A stretch of 64,000 bases of DNA from Bigelowiella natans CCMP2755 (GCA_000320545.1 ADNK01000060.1:3740-67739), one strand, 5' to 3'; numbered from the stretch's first letter, positions 12,790 to 26,678 are shown. Translations and numbers: made by a program. The notes: generated by a model not told the origin, from the letters alone.

Positions 12790-13601
12790 CTAACACCGGC
12801 CGGCACAAGTCCATCTGAACTTGCTAAAGATGCTTGAATCATCCAAAGAAGACACTTTTTCCAACGAAATCCATGAGCATTGGCAGCAATAAGCTGCATT
12901 TCCTAACAAATTCGAAATGATCATTAATCGTTACACGCTTAGTTCCTCTAATAAATGAGTTAACCTTGCGTTGATAAAAGATTCACCGAGAGTCTCGCTA
13001 CGTTGGGAGTATTGTTTCGAAAGAATAGATAACTCACCTTGTCATTCCATCTGAAAGACGTAGCGCAACATATGAACTTATGAGATTGCTGGACAGCATG
13101 GAATAATGCGAACGGCATTCAACTTACTTTGAATTATCAAAGCGAAGCACTTCAAAATCACAGCTCGTGCATCGCATACGTGTACATAATTTCCTTCCAT
13201 CAGTTCTGCGCAAACAGAGGTATGTAAAAAGGATGAAACCATGGTTGCTCACTTCCGTTTCAGTATTGAGAAGCTTCACTCTTTTCCCAAAAAAAGCAAG
13301 CATAGATAAATCCTGAAGTAAATCATACCTAGACGAATTGCCAGGCCCTAAATAAACCTTATTGCACCTACGTAGCGAGAATTAAAAGACTCACAAAGGC
13401 AATTTATCGAAGTGCACATCACCACAGAAGATGGCATGGAATAATATGGGCGCCTACTTTGTTTTCTTGGATAAGGACGATTCGCTACCGCTGGTAGAAA
13501 ATTTTTTCTTATCATTCCCCGTGACGTGTAATGCATCCACCGAGTCTATCTCATTCAGCAACTCATCAATTTCTCCTATGTGCATAAATGCATTGAGATA
13601 T

Positions 13602-13649
<48 letters not shown>

Positions 13650-14144
13650 GCACACATATGCGCACATCGGTTTGCGCCTCGAAAGTGTGTATGTACTCTA
13701 TGTGCGTGTTAACTTAGACTACATCATGTGGCATTGGTACTGTGAGATGAAACCTACCTAAAGCTGTTGTAGGAGACATAGCTGGCTTTTCCGATCCGGT
13801 TTTCTAAATAATATGTCCAAATCCTCACGTTCTTCTTCTAAGGATTATCAACATAGTTGCAAACCGAACCCCACACATATTTCCTCCTCTTTCACACAAA
13901 GATAAAAACCTAATTTCACCTTTCTCTCCGGTGTCGCCACTGTTATTGGGGTGGAAATTTTCGTCGTCTTCGTCTTTGGCTCGGGCTGCGGTTGGGAGAA
14001 TTTCTGGATTGCACTCGATCTAAGAAGGGGCGTTGAAAAATGAGGAAAGACAAGGAGGTGGAGTGACAAGTGATTTACGAACCCCGAGCCGGTTGCCTCA
14101 TCAAGGACGCCGTCGACCTCGGCCAGGAGCTGGTCTACATCCAT
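12790..14144 (-). CDS. CFAP418: Cilia- and flagella-associated protein 418 (C8orf37/BBS21 homologue), multi-exon
   Basis: MDVDQLLAEVD start, EIDELLNEID, CTRMRCTSCDFEVLRFDN.KWNDKVSYLFFRNNTP, AYCCQCSW, FRWTCAGRC*. These match the C8orf37 pattern LRCxxCDFxV...YLFFRNNxP...AYACQCSW...RWxC. Confidence 0.9.
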
Positions 14145-14522
14145 TCGGCTACAAAAGTGTACTACCCACTTAGGAGTAGTAGCAGCCCTCGAGCTTTTGA
14201 GGGTCGTCTATTCTCTCTCCCCCCTGCTGGTGTTCTATTTGCTGCTGTTGGATTGTTATCCGTAACCGCTATGAGAAGCAGTTCTCAGGGGATGGGACAG
14301 ACAGATAACAACAATTACAACAACATTACCAACAACAATAACAACAATGTTGCATGTGCTCAGATGTTTTATGCTGTAAAAATTGTCCAAGAAAGCCGCA
14401 GCATCGGTTCATGTGATAATCGTTTTGGATTGGTTGTCGCAGTGGGTATTTAGAGGTGGTTCTGGGATAAGATTAGGATAAAAATCATCGGAAGAGAAAA
14501 GAGATACCCTCCTCTCCTCCAA
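14145..14522. promoter_or_regulatory. Putative bidirectional promoter between divergent CFAP418 and NMO genes
   Basis: Only 378 bp separates two head-to-head ATGs (14144 on -, 14523 on +). Positional inference only. Confidence 0.45.
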
Positions 14523-16198
14523 ATGCCTCTTCGAACAGCCCTCACAGAGCTTCTTTCCATCGAAAAGCCGATTATCCAAGGAGGCATGCAGTATGTGGGA
14601 TATGCAGAGATGGCGAGTGCGGTCTCAAATGCCGGGGGGCTCGGTATCATAACCGGTCTCACACAGCCCACACCAGAGGCTCTTCGCAAAGAGATCAAAC
14701 GATGCCGAACTATGACAAAGAAACCTTTTGGCGTCAACCTTACCATCCTACCCGCGCTCATTCCAGCGGATTACGATGCCTATGCTAAGGTAGTTGATCA
14801 CACCGACCTGAAAAAGTAGCAGTAGACAAATGGCAGCAGCGTGCACGATCCTAAAAACAAACTTAGTAGTGTGCGCATTTTCAATTAAGACGACCATCTT
14901 ATGCAGGTTGTAGCGGAAGAGAAAGTCGCAATGGTAGAGATCGCTGGTGGATCGCCGAAAAAGTATATACCACTCTTCAAGAAGGCTGGAGTGAAAGTTC
15001 TTCACAAATCGGCAACGCTGCGCCATGCGCTTAAGGCCCGGAAGTATGGTGTAGATCTGATCGAGATCGTTGGGTAATTTACACCCAAAACATATAGAGA
15101 AACAAATTAAAATATAGATTAAGGGAAAGTGGTGTTTGAAGTGACGATTCACAATAAAAAGGAATACATAATTCTATTTTCAACACGCTTTCTTTCTACA
15201 AGGAGATGAGAAGGTGTCCTCTACTCTCTCCTCGCCTGAGTCTGTGCATCCGTGCATGTGGGTGCTTCCCTTCTGCGGGATTAAAGATTTTTGTATAAGA
15301 TTATAATGAAATTGTGCTCCCAAAATTGTTCGGTGTCAGAGGCAAATACTCATTGTTGAGAATGCAACATTGTTCTCTGTCTTTATTTCCTTTTAGATAC
15401 GAAGCCAGCATTGCTGGTGGCCAGCCAGGTGATGAGATCGGCTTATGGGTTGCTCTCACAAAGGCTTTGAAGCTGATAAAAGACATTCCCATAGTAGCAA
15501 GTGGAGCATCTGCCACGGGGAGACAGCTAGCTGCCGCCATCGCAATGGGAGCGGTTGGAATAACGATGGCTACCAGGTTTCTTGCTACGAAGGAGGCACC
15601 TATTCAGATGGTATAAAAAAGATCTTAACTCTAAATCTATCGTCACAACTACTCCTTGGCAAACAATTTTATCAATTTCTAATTCGTTTCATCATTGACT
15701 CTTCTTCTTCGTCTACATCGCTGTTGCTGTGTCTTCTTCCCAAGGCGATTAAGAAAAAGCTGGTGGAGGCGGATGAGCGCTCAACAACCATTGTGCTTGG
15801 AACTTTGTCAAATGCAACGCGTGTCTTCAAGAACAAGATTGCAGACAAAATCAGAGATATCGAGCACGATCCGGAGTTTGATGGTAAGATCTTTTGAAGG
15901 GAAGAAAATGAACATGTTTCAGCATGTAATCAATCTTACCTTTCTCTGTTGTACATTCATCCTGCAATCTCATCAACAAGGTGACTTCCGCGCAATTGCG
16001 CCCCTTGCTAGTGGGAAGAGAACAAAGAAAATGTGGCAACAGACGGGAGATTGGAACGGTGCCATGTGGAGCTGCGGCCAATCAGTGGGACTCATCGACG
16101 ACATTCCTTCCTGTGCGGAGCTAATGGAGAGAATTGTAGCTAACGCGGAGAAGCGTCTAAAGGCTTGCGCCAACGTTGTGATCGCTAGCAAGCTGTGA
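14523..16198 (+). CDS. Nitronate monooxygenase / 2-nitropropane dioxygenase-family FMN enzyme with PTS1 (SKL)
   Basis: Exons 14523-14789, 14907-15073, 15397-15610, 15745-15883, 15981-16198. Motifs PIIQGGMQ, AVSNAGGLG, PFGVNLTILP, IPIVASG, MATRFLATKEAPI, WSCGQSVGLIDDIPSC. C-terminus ASKL*. Confidence 0.92.
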
Positions 16199-17041
16199 TC
16201 AATCACACTCGATGTTCCGATCTATGATTGCCTGCATGAGGAGCTGTTTCGCGACGGCCAGAAGAATCGCTAGCAGCTTGACGTAGCCAACACAGGCGGT
16301 ATACATGCACAAAGTATGGCATGTGAGACGGATGTAATGAATATGGTAAATTATTTACTTCAATTGCCATCCTAATATAGCTTTGCAAAGTATGGCACAT
16401 GTGTGTTACGTACATTTATATACTGGTGGCAAAATGCAGCAAATGTATCCTAGTATCGTCGACAGTATCCTAATTTATGCTCTAGGCTCCACAACAGTGT
16501 GGTGGGGTTACAAATGCGCTGAGCAGGACATGTGTAACGCTAGAACGGTATAGCTAGATAGTGCAGTATGTTTTGACGTAGTCAGTCTGACTTTGTTGTA
16601 CGGCATGTATCTCATTCCGGCAAGAGAAAATAAGCCAACTGAAGCGAACAAGATCGCAGCAAATTGCAGCACTAAAGCTCTTTATATTAATATCTGCTCA
16701 CTGACTGAGCCGGTTGACGGACGATGATTTTCATGAGAATGTGCATCTACATGCATACCTAGATACACCAAGGCGGGCCATGCTAGCATGATCTTGCAGC
16801 GGCACTTATTATACGATTGATTACATAGACGTAAGACATGTGTGATGTGTTATAGCAAGCAGATTGATGCAATAACGCAATTGGCAATCACATGAGTACG
16901 ATGTGAATGACACGACTTCATGCGTGATTTAATTTAATGTTAATGACCAAACATATAGCACACAGTTAAAAATGTCATCACAGCGCGTGCACGTATGATC
17001 GAATACAGGATGAAACTTTGTGTACATGTGCACACATATAA

Positions 17042-17739
17042 TCAGACAAGTGCAGGACTATCTATCACCGCATATCCAGTTGCAACGCCACCCTCATTTG
17101 TTCCTACTAGCTTCGTTCGCATCAGATGTCCCACGGTCTAGTACAACGTGTAGATAAAGATAGTGAGGAGGTGCTTAAGCTTTATGTCTTTTCGTATTTA
17201 GGTATTGGCAACCGGTAAAATACACTCTTTTTGGATGAAATGAAAAGAACCTTTTCTCTCTCTCACGACACGGCATGTATGATAAATCTAAGAAACCTTC
17301 TGATAGGGCTCCTGATCACCAGTTCCTCCCAAGAAAGACGCGTAGATGCCTATCTCCTTCAGACACTCGCCGACAATCACCTTAGCATTTACAATGATAA
17401 ATACTATATCGGATCTCTTCGCTGAATGATAATGAAAATTATGATGATTATGATGACAGTGCTTTTCCCCCTCTCTTCCTCTTACCCCTTCTTTTTCTCT
17501 CTACACCCTCCTCCTCCTCATCAGCAGCACCTGGCCATTTCGTAAAAGCGCTGCAGTGAAAGGCTCTTGCTCAATGCAACTCATCAGAATATACGCCGTC
17601 CTGATACGGTAGTGGTGTCGGATTTATGAGGATGTGAAGGAGGAGGAGGAGGAGGTGGTGGTGGAGGAGGAGGAGGAGAAGTGGTTTCGTTGTTGGGAAT
17701 AAAAGGAATCTCTACGGTACATGCTACATGGTATACTAG

Positions 17740-17775
<36 letters not shown>

Positions 17776-18010
17776 ACATCTACAACAGTAACAACACTCG
17801 CCGGGGTATGATAATGATGATACCGTTCTTGCTTTGTCATTGTTTTTAATTCCAAAGCCTACGAGTAGTATGCATCTTTTAAGTAATGTGTTGATGCTGA
17901 TATTGATTGTCAGGACAGCACTATCGTCGATCAAACACGGTAGTATTCTTCATATTATTATCAATATCATTATTGGTAGCAGTAGTAGTAGTAGTAGTAG
18001 TAGTAGGTTG

Positions 18011-18048
<38 letters not shown>

Positions 18049-18056
18049 TCTCTCGC

Positions 18057-18100
<44 letters not shown>

Positions 18101-18981
18101 ATTGTAGTCATTGTTTTCAGCTTAGGTCTCGTAGCATCAAAGGCATCATTAATGATGTAGCCGTCATCTTATCAAAGAATTTGCTGTGACTATCACCTCT
18201 TTCATATCATCCAGCCAGAGATTGTTCCCTCCCCCCTACCACCAGCACAATCAACATTAGCAAACAGCTACTGTCATTCATTCCAATTATCTGAATGTCA
18301 TTTGTTTGGAGCAAAACACTTGAGTATTATTAGTACTGACTAAGAGACTCACAGGCCCTGATTCATTGCAACCAAAGCACACTATGTCGTATTCCCTATC
18401 ACAAGCATCACTACATTGTTACTACCTCTCGTTGAGGTTTTAGGACATATCTCTCGGTGTGATGAATAGCGTCCTTGATAGCTTTTTCTGAGGAAGCTTC
18501 CAGCGGCTCGGATAGGCTAAATTGGTCTGATAATATAATAGTTCACATCATGAAGTTGAAGTAGCTGTTGGCGATGATGATGATAATGATGACGACGACA
18601 ACGATCATAGAGACAAAGAATCAGATGGATCAATGGAATCTTAGTAGTGACAGTTAAAGACGAGATTACTACTACTCTTCTTTCCATTCTATCACTTGAT
18701 GCAGGTAGATACACTAACCGGCAAAGAAGAGCCGCACCATATCAGAATCAGCTGCATCTAGAAACCTGTGTGTGTTTGAGAGAGGAGGAGGAGGAGGAGG
18801 AGGAGGAGGAGGAGGGAATGGAGGAGCGCGGCGGAGGGGTAATAGTGGAAATAATACACAGTAAGAACATTTACCAGTACTAAATAATAAACACGGAAAC
18901 GGTGTGTAGAAGTACAAGATTGATGGGGTTTTAACAAATAATTATTGCATGAATCGGTTATCGAGAAATAATTCCTTCGCA

Positions 18982-19019
<38 letters not shown>

Positions 19020-19708
19020 CACCAGAGACAGAAAGAGAGAGAGAGAAATAGAGAGAAAGAGAGGGAAGAGTCACTACTTTTCTAACTCTTTCGCTTCTGA
19101 GAGTTTTTGCTGAATCTATGAAGAAGAACAATGAGGAGGGGGGGGGGGGGGGAAGGGAGGAAAGGACAGCAGCAATTGATGTTACTGGTGGTGATGGTGG
19201 TGGTATTACTACCACCGCTACTACAGCTAAATACAAGCAACAATATCTAGCAGCATAAAAAGAACGTCGAGCCTTTGTGTGAGGAGAGGTTGCACACAAA
19301 TACACAAACACACACTCCAGTGCACACTACTCTCACCATCAATTAGTCATCATGATTGTTTTATCTCTCAATGTCGATATCAGCAGTAGCAGACCTTCTT
19401 AGTTCCTGCAAGATGGTAGGCAATGCAAGGGCATTTGATGGCCCGCGACAACTCGATAGACCGATAGGCCTCCCACTCTACAGGCGATGGTAAGTCCTTC
19501 GGTGTGTACCTGGAGAGGGCTTGAGTGATGAGAGTAGTAGCAGTAGTAGTAGTAGTAGTAGTAGTGGTGGTAGGATGATGATGGCTAATAGCATCAGCAG
19601 CATTAGCCCATCATCATGAAATTCTTCATGTTCCTCCTCGATGATGATGATGATGATGATAATGATGATGATGATGACGATATCAGTTCTGATGCTTGAT
19701 GCTGCTGT

Positions 19709-19740
<32 letters not shown>

Positions 19741-20486
19741 GCTGTTATGGTTATGTTAACCCAGCACGAAAGTAGACGAGCGCGATGTGGAAGCCATGGA
19801 AAAACAACTTTTTCCCGTCACTGTTAACACCTGACATCAATGTGCAATGGTCACAAAGTGAATCTTCCTAAAAATTGACATGTTGCTATTATTTTGTTTA
19901 CACACTACAACACCATATTATATAGCAACATATGTGCGTTGTGTTGTTCGTAATATAAGTTGTATATTTCATCATATCAGCAAGAACTCTCTTTAACTCT
20001 CTCACATATATTTCCTCTTTTCTTTTCTTCCTATTGATTGTGCGCTCTCTCTCTCTCACTCTCCCTGATATTGTTGTTGCAGCACTTGATTAATATACTC
20101 GACTCTCTTCTCCTCCCCCTTCCGATTATTCTTCTTCGTCGTCTTCTTCTTCGTCTTCTCAGTAGTACTACAACCTTCATAGGCCTTTGAGACCTCCTTA
20201 AATGTCGCGCGGATCATGCGTATATTATGATTGCTCATCAATGAATACCTGAGAAGAAATACATAGGTGGTATAGGTGGCCGAAACAAAACAAAAGAGCT
20301 GCAAGGGGGAGATGGAAAATGGATGAGAATCAAAGAAGAATCATGTATTAAGATATTCGCTCAATGATTTTTGTGTGTAGTCTTCGTCTTTCCCCCCCTC
20401 CCTTTCCTCCTTTCCATCTTCTCCATACTCGAGTAGTCGCTGATCTCCTGCATTTGATTCCCCTGGTTGGACAACCTATTGTTTTG

Positions 20487-20520
<34 letters not shown>

Positions 20521-20910
20521 ATACTTCTACTTCTACTGCTACCATCATAACAGCCAGATCATGCTCCTTCACATCAACACTCTCCGCCTTTGCATAAGCC
20601 CTGAAGAAGCATCCAGATATGGCGATTATGCATCATAGTCACGTTAGAAGAAAGCTCTCATACATAACAAACACAAGTATTTAAAATCATCATTATCATC
20701 ATCATCACGAGAGGATAACGATGAGAAGAAGCATAAACGAATTACTCGACAGCTTTGGCCATGGCTTCCGCAAGGTTGTCAACAGCAGGGTTCTTTGGCA
20801 GCGATGCATCCCCGAACCTGCTCATCACCGACCGACCGATTGTAGTAAATGAAGCACACCGTGTAGTAATCACAATTCAATCCATAAAATATGTTAATAA
20901 TACCTATGTG

Positions 20911-20953
<43 letters not shown>

Positions 20954-21669
20954 TTAGGAAGTTGTAGTACCTTTGCAAGGTGTCCTTATGGAAGCGCTGC
21001 AAAATATGTGCATGAAGCGAAGCCACTCGCGATGACAACCCCCTGAAGTTACCGTTCTCTTCTCAGCCACACACATTACATCATCACTATACGTGTGTGT
21101 GTGTGTGTGTGTGTGTGAGAGTGTGTGTGTGTTTATGTCAACACGATATGAATTCGGATAGGTGCATGCATATTTAGCGATCTTCTCGACGTTCATTTAT
21201 TTGATCGACCCGAAACTCGCAGCGATGGTATTGTTCTCCACCTTGAAGCATATAGAATAGGAATGGGCAGGAAGAGTCGAAATAGATCATTTTGTGGTAG
21301 TTATTTATGATGAACATTACTAATGTTAGTCTCGTAAAAAAAAACAGACACCATGCTTAAATACGTGCATCATTCCCCCTCTTTATCAGCACTCTATAGG
21401 TGTTTGTTGCTATTGCCTAGATATTTCAGAAGATTTAGAACTTATTTGTTACTTGAAGAAATCGCGGGGTGGGAAATTTTGAGTCCGGTCCTGTATCACA
21501 GAGAAACGGAAAAAAGAGAAAGAAATAGCAACGAAGGTAAGACGAAGAAGAAGAAGGAGAACGAGAGGGGGAGGAGGATATAGTGACATAACAACCCAAC
21601 GATGATACGCATGATGTATCGGGACTGATTTCGTCATTAAATAGTACTTACTGTTGTTGTTGGTTCAAC

Positions 21670-21709
<40 letters not shown>

Positions 21710-22714
21710 CAAGAGATTTTTGTAGCATGTAGTCGGAGCGGAAAAGACCCAGTGTAACTGCAATTGTAGTAGTAGTAGTGGTAGGATGTTTGTTGAATAT
21801 TTAGGTACACGCATACATACATACATACATACATACATACTATATTCCCCACATCCATCATAACTTTTACACGAAACAGGTCATCTGTATTGTTATCGCT
21901 GCTGCTGCTGATTCTGGTGGTGGTGGTGGCGGTTACGGTAAATTTTGTACAGATAATCCGTATTTCTTTATAACTATTTCATCTGTTGTTGTTGTTGCTG
22001 CTGCTGCTGTTGCTATTGTTGTTGTTGTTGTTGTTGTTGTTGTAGTTGGTCGTGGTGGTGTAAAGCATCCTTCATACTGTTTTGTTTCCTGTCTCCTTGA
22101 TTTCGAACCTCACTCAAGATCTCCAAAAGCTGTGGTACAGGAGAATGCAGGAGAATGCATGATAATTCAGAATATTGTCGTTCGAAATAGATAATGATGA
22201 TGACGATGATGATGATGATGGTGATAATGATGACTACCCCTTTTGTGTAGTTATCATTCTTGCTGACATCGACCAGCACGTCTTCGAGGTAACTTGGATG
22301 CCGAGCGATCTATGTTTGATATTTGATGGGGTTTGTATGTGTGTTTATCCCAAGTGTATGTGTATGTGTGTGAATGTGTGTGTGTGGCTTCTATGCGGAG
22401 AATAGGTAGATCGTTATCGCAAAAACTATTAGAAGAAACAGACAGACCCCTTCTTTCCCGATGCAAACGAACACTTTGCAGTTGTTTCACATGTGAGATG
22501 TGACACCAACAAGCAAAAATAGAGACTGCTACTACCCTTCACCTTGTCAATTAACGAGCTGAATACTGCTGCGATATCGGTTGCTTGCTGTCATAATTGA
22601 TGTATATAGTTAAAATCTATATAAAATATACACATCACCATGACGAATGTTTTGGGGGACCTGCCTCGAATGATATACACCATTTTAAACATAGCTGTTG
22701 CTTCTTCGTGATAA

Positions 22715-22757
<43 letters not shown>

Positions 22758-23181
22758 CCTTCTTCTTCTTCTTCTGTTACTACTACCTTAAAAGCCTTCC
22801 TTGGAAGTATCGCTGGTAATAAAGTAATGGGTGCGTGGACAAAGCTTTGTGATCCTGTCTTCTCTCGCATTACGAGTCCGTTGCACATGGCGTAGTCTAT
22901 TGCTTCCTCACGGATGCGTAGGAGCAACTCCTCGTCGCTGAAGATTGTCTTTTCGTAATTAGTCCGGTTGTTCGTGGGGTATAAGACTGCACCATCTCCA
23001 GAACATAATGGTCTCTTTCTCTGATTTACACATAATGTGGATTAGTATCGCTGTTGCAGGGTCGTTGATCAGCGAAGGCAACCTTGCGCAATAAGAAGTA
23101 TACCCCCCCGAGGGCAACGGCTCCAGCAGCTACGGCAGCAGCCGTTTTGTATAGATTCTTTGGATCAGGTGGACAAGCCAT
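17042..23181 (-). CDS. GSS: Eukaryotic glutathione synthetase, many microsatellite-filled introns
   Basis: [55 protein letters not shown]|GGGNN, AYILM, GHLMRTK...[17 protein letters not shown] (stop 17042). ATG at 23181 gives an N-terminal hydrophobic extension. Confidence 0.93.
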
Positions 23182-24459
23182 GGTCCTTCTCAGGGTGGGG
23201 AAAGTAGGAAGACTCGGAACCCAAATTCAGTTGTTCTTTATTTAATTTATCGCCTTTCATCACACAGTTGTCGCAACGGTTAAATACAAATCATTTCTAT
23301 GGAAATAACTGGGCTGTGTGATCTCCTAGAATATTTCATTTTTGCTGAAAATCCCTTCGGTTTTTCATGATGAATAGATTGAAGTTCCAGCCACCTCCCA
23401 CTGGATCTCTTGCATTTTTGGCACGTTACGTGGAACACTTTCTCCTGCTTTGCGTGAACTTTTCAGATCCATTTCGTAAGATGTTTTCAAAATATTTTCG
23501 CTCATTTTTTTACCATTCGAGGCATCTACCTCTGTCTTATCTCTAATTTGCAACTCATTTACTCAGAATAAAAGCTTTTGAACGGAGAGATTTCGTTTTG
23601 GGTTGGAACGTATTCGGGTAAAACACGTTGGATTTTGACCAGAAATTAAAATAGTACCTTGTCAAAAAGTGTAAAAATCCACATGTTTTCAAGAAAGTTT
23701 AGATGAATCCCGGTTTTCCCTTCGGCGTGTTTTCTTGTTGTTAACCAATCACCCAGCCAAAATACGTCGTCTCCTGTAAAATTGGACTCAAATGCAGGCT
23801 ATCTTTCCCACATTTCTTCTCGGCATCTAGATTTCCTGGAATTTACGAGAGTGGTGTGTCTGTGCCTTTTTTGGGACTGATTGATCGACGTTGCGTTCCA
23901 CACACTTAAGGACAGTTTACTAGTTGCAGCATATTTAAGGTATACGACAATAAAATTATTACTTTCGTAAAATAAATGTCTTCTATTTTGGGATTTAGCT
24001 ACTGCTGAAAAGCGATACTTACATCTTCAGATTTGGAAAAAAAGAGAATAAGATGGAGGAAGGCAGGGCTAACCAAGGTTCCTCCCCCCCCCCTTCTCTG
24101 TGAATAGTTTCTCAGAAAAAAATTGTAATTGAGAGCTGTAACAACATAACTATGTTTAAATCCGCCATCGGATATGGGGATATGCATGGAGCCTTCAAAA
24201 TCCATGAGAAAGGAAGCGTGGATACAATTACTCTCTCTGAGTCCCGTTTTGGCTCAATTTTTTTTAAGCGCACCTTTAAAATTAGGGGAGGATGATAGTG
24301 ATTTGAACTTAATATTTGTGCTTTCACTATTACACAAAGAGATCCTTAGTCTTAACTTTGTGAGAACATGCCCCCTAGATAGTCTTTCTGAGAAGTGAAT
24401 GAATAATGTCGACGATACTCACGATACAAAAATAATTTTCAGCGGAAAGCTCCGGACTA

Positions 24460-25777
24460 ATGTCTTATCAGAAATCCCAGGAGCAAAAATCCGGTTCTCG
24501 ATCTGTTCGATCCGCAGTGCCGAAGGGATTCTTTGCTACATACAAGTAAGTGTCATGTACTGTCTTCTTTTCCTCCAAAAATCTAATGCAATACACTATT
24601 TTCAAACCCTGGTCATCCCCCTCATTAACATATTTTGTCTTGATATTCTGTTGAAATTCGATCGTATCTCTAACTCTCTATGATATTATTTAACTAAAAC
24701 TCTGTTTTATGCAGATACAGCCTTATGGCTGCAATGGGAGTAGTAGTCTTCGTCGCATGCTGCTCCATGAAGGGGAGCGCGGAAACAGCTGGCCTTACCG
24801 CAGCTATGTACGATGACATTCCTCCACCACCAGCAGACCCAAATGCACCTCCTCCCCCTCCTGCTGATCCAAGTGTTCCTCCTCCTCCACCACCTGCGCC
24901 TGACGCTCCACCTCCTCCACCACCAACTGGGGTGAGCTATCTTTAATTAAAGAAAATCGCGAGGACTAGAAGTTAAAATGAAAACCTGTTGCCACAAACT
25001 TGATTACAACCTAATCTTCCTCTTCCTATATCCCAAAAAAATGTATGCAATACCTCCAGCCTGCTCCTCCTGGACCTCCTCCCCTCACAGCATGCCAGAC
25101 CGGTATGGTTGCCGATGCTGATGAAGTTCCGGACACTGACAATGAGTAAGAATTTATTCCGATTTTACGTGTTTAACTTTTTCTAAAAGAAACTATTATT
25201 TTTTAAAACCCTTCCCTTTACTGGCTAAAATTCTCTCGATGACGAGTGTCTACATATTCATCGTTAACAACCAACAAACATCGAGAACGTGAATTCATCA
25301 AATTGCACACATGTGAGACTTGAAAGGGGGGGATGAGAGGGAGAGTGAGAGATGGGGGAGAAGGGGCGGCCAGACTCGTTTTGTTGTAAATTTTAGGTTT
25401 CACAGACCAGCAATGGTTCGTTAAAACTGTCAAATGCTGATTGAATCTCTCACACCACCATTAGAATGAAGGCTTGCTACCTAATTTGTGACAACGCTGA
25501 TGGAGCGACACCTTGCGATGTTGACACTTGCAAGAGTGCATGCTGGTTCGGAAACGACTTTTGCTACAACAGCTGCGTAGGAGGCTGCCAATTCCAAGCT
25601 GTTGGCCTCAACAACGGGTCTCGCATGGCATGTGATGGGCAGGTTTGCTACTCTGGATGCTCCTACCAGTGCCAGAAACAATGCAACTGCGGCGTACAGA
25701 AAGATGGTCATTGCCACAAGGAGCCTACCAACTGTATGCTCGACGAATCCATCCCTGGTATGTATTCATTCGCGTTC

Positions 25778-25819
<42 letters not shown>

Positions 25820-26678
25820 ATGTGGTGCGGGAGAGGGATAGAAAGAGAATTCCTGTGCTGGTTGCAGTGTTTGAAGGTGCTCGGTTCATAGTCACAGTTA
25901 TCGACATCCTCATCATCATCGGAAATTTTGTCGCGAGTCTAGTTCCCATAGAAGACATAGATATTTTTAATTATTCTTTCTTCCTTTCTAGGCTCGCTGA
26001 TTGGAGCTACTGTAAACTACATCTGTAGCAAGGGCCCCTCAGAAGTTAGGGTAATTGCACTCTCTCTTTCACCCATTTTCCTCTTCACATCTGCTGCTTC
26101 GAGATAGCACGTCTTTCTAAGACAGACATATATGTCAGTACCCCCTGATTTCGTCCTCCTGCCTAAATTTTTTTCTCTTTCCTCCTCCTCCTCCTCTATC
26201 AGGCTTTGTGCGGAAAGAAGGCAAAGCTTTCTGCTGGGTGTCAAACTGGATTTGGATTCGCTGTGGCATTGGCTTCGTACTACTACTCGTACACTATGTC
26301 GAACGTACCGCAAACCACTCCTGGAGGAATTAGCGCCGTTGCGGTAATGATAGCAATTGAGCGTGATGTATTAATAATATTATTACAGGATGAATGTGGA
26401 TGCGGATAATCCGTTCCTTTCTATTCTCTTGCGATTTTAAATTTTGTTTGTAAGTAAAGTAGTCTTGGATAAGATAAGATTGGGATGATGGTTGGGGAGT
26501 GAAGAAAGAGAGAGAGAGAGAGTACCCTTTCCAATAATACTGATGACCCTCTCGTTTGTTATGTCTTTGCTATATTGTTCAGTCCGCTTGTGACTTCAAT
26601 GGATTTGGTTTCATCAAGCATGGAGCACAGCACCCTTGCCAAATGAACTACAAAGGCTACGCTGGAAAACTTCAATAA
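24460..26678 (+). CDS. Orphan proline-rich, cysteine-rich secreted or type II membrane protein, 7 exons
   Basis: Canonical GT-AG exons splice in frame: MSYQKSQEQKSGSRSVRSAVPKGFFATYKYSLMAAMGVVVFVACC (hydrophobic), then (PPPPADP)-type repeats, a Cys-dense domain (CYLIC...CKSACWF...CYNSCVGGC...CYSGCSYQCQKQCNC), ending YAGKLQ*. Confidence 0.75.
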
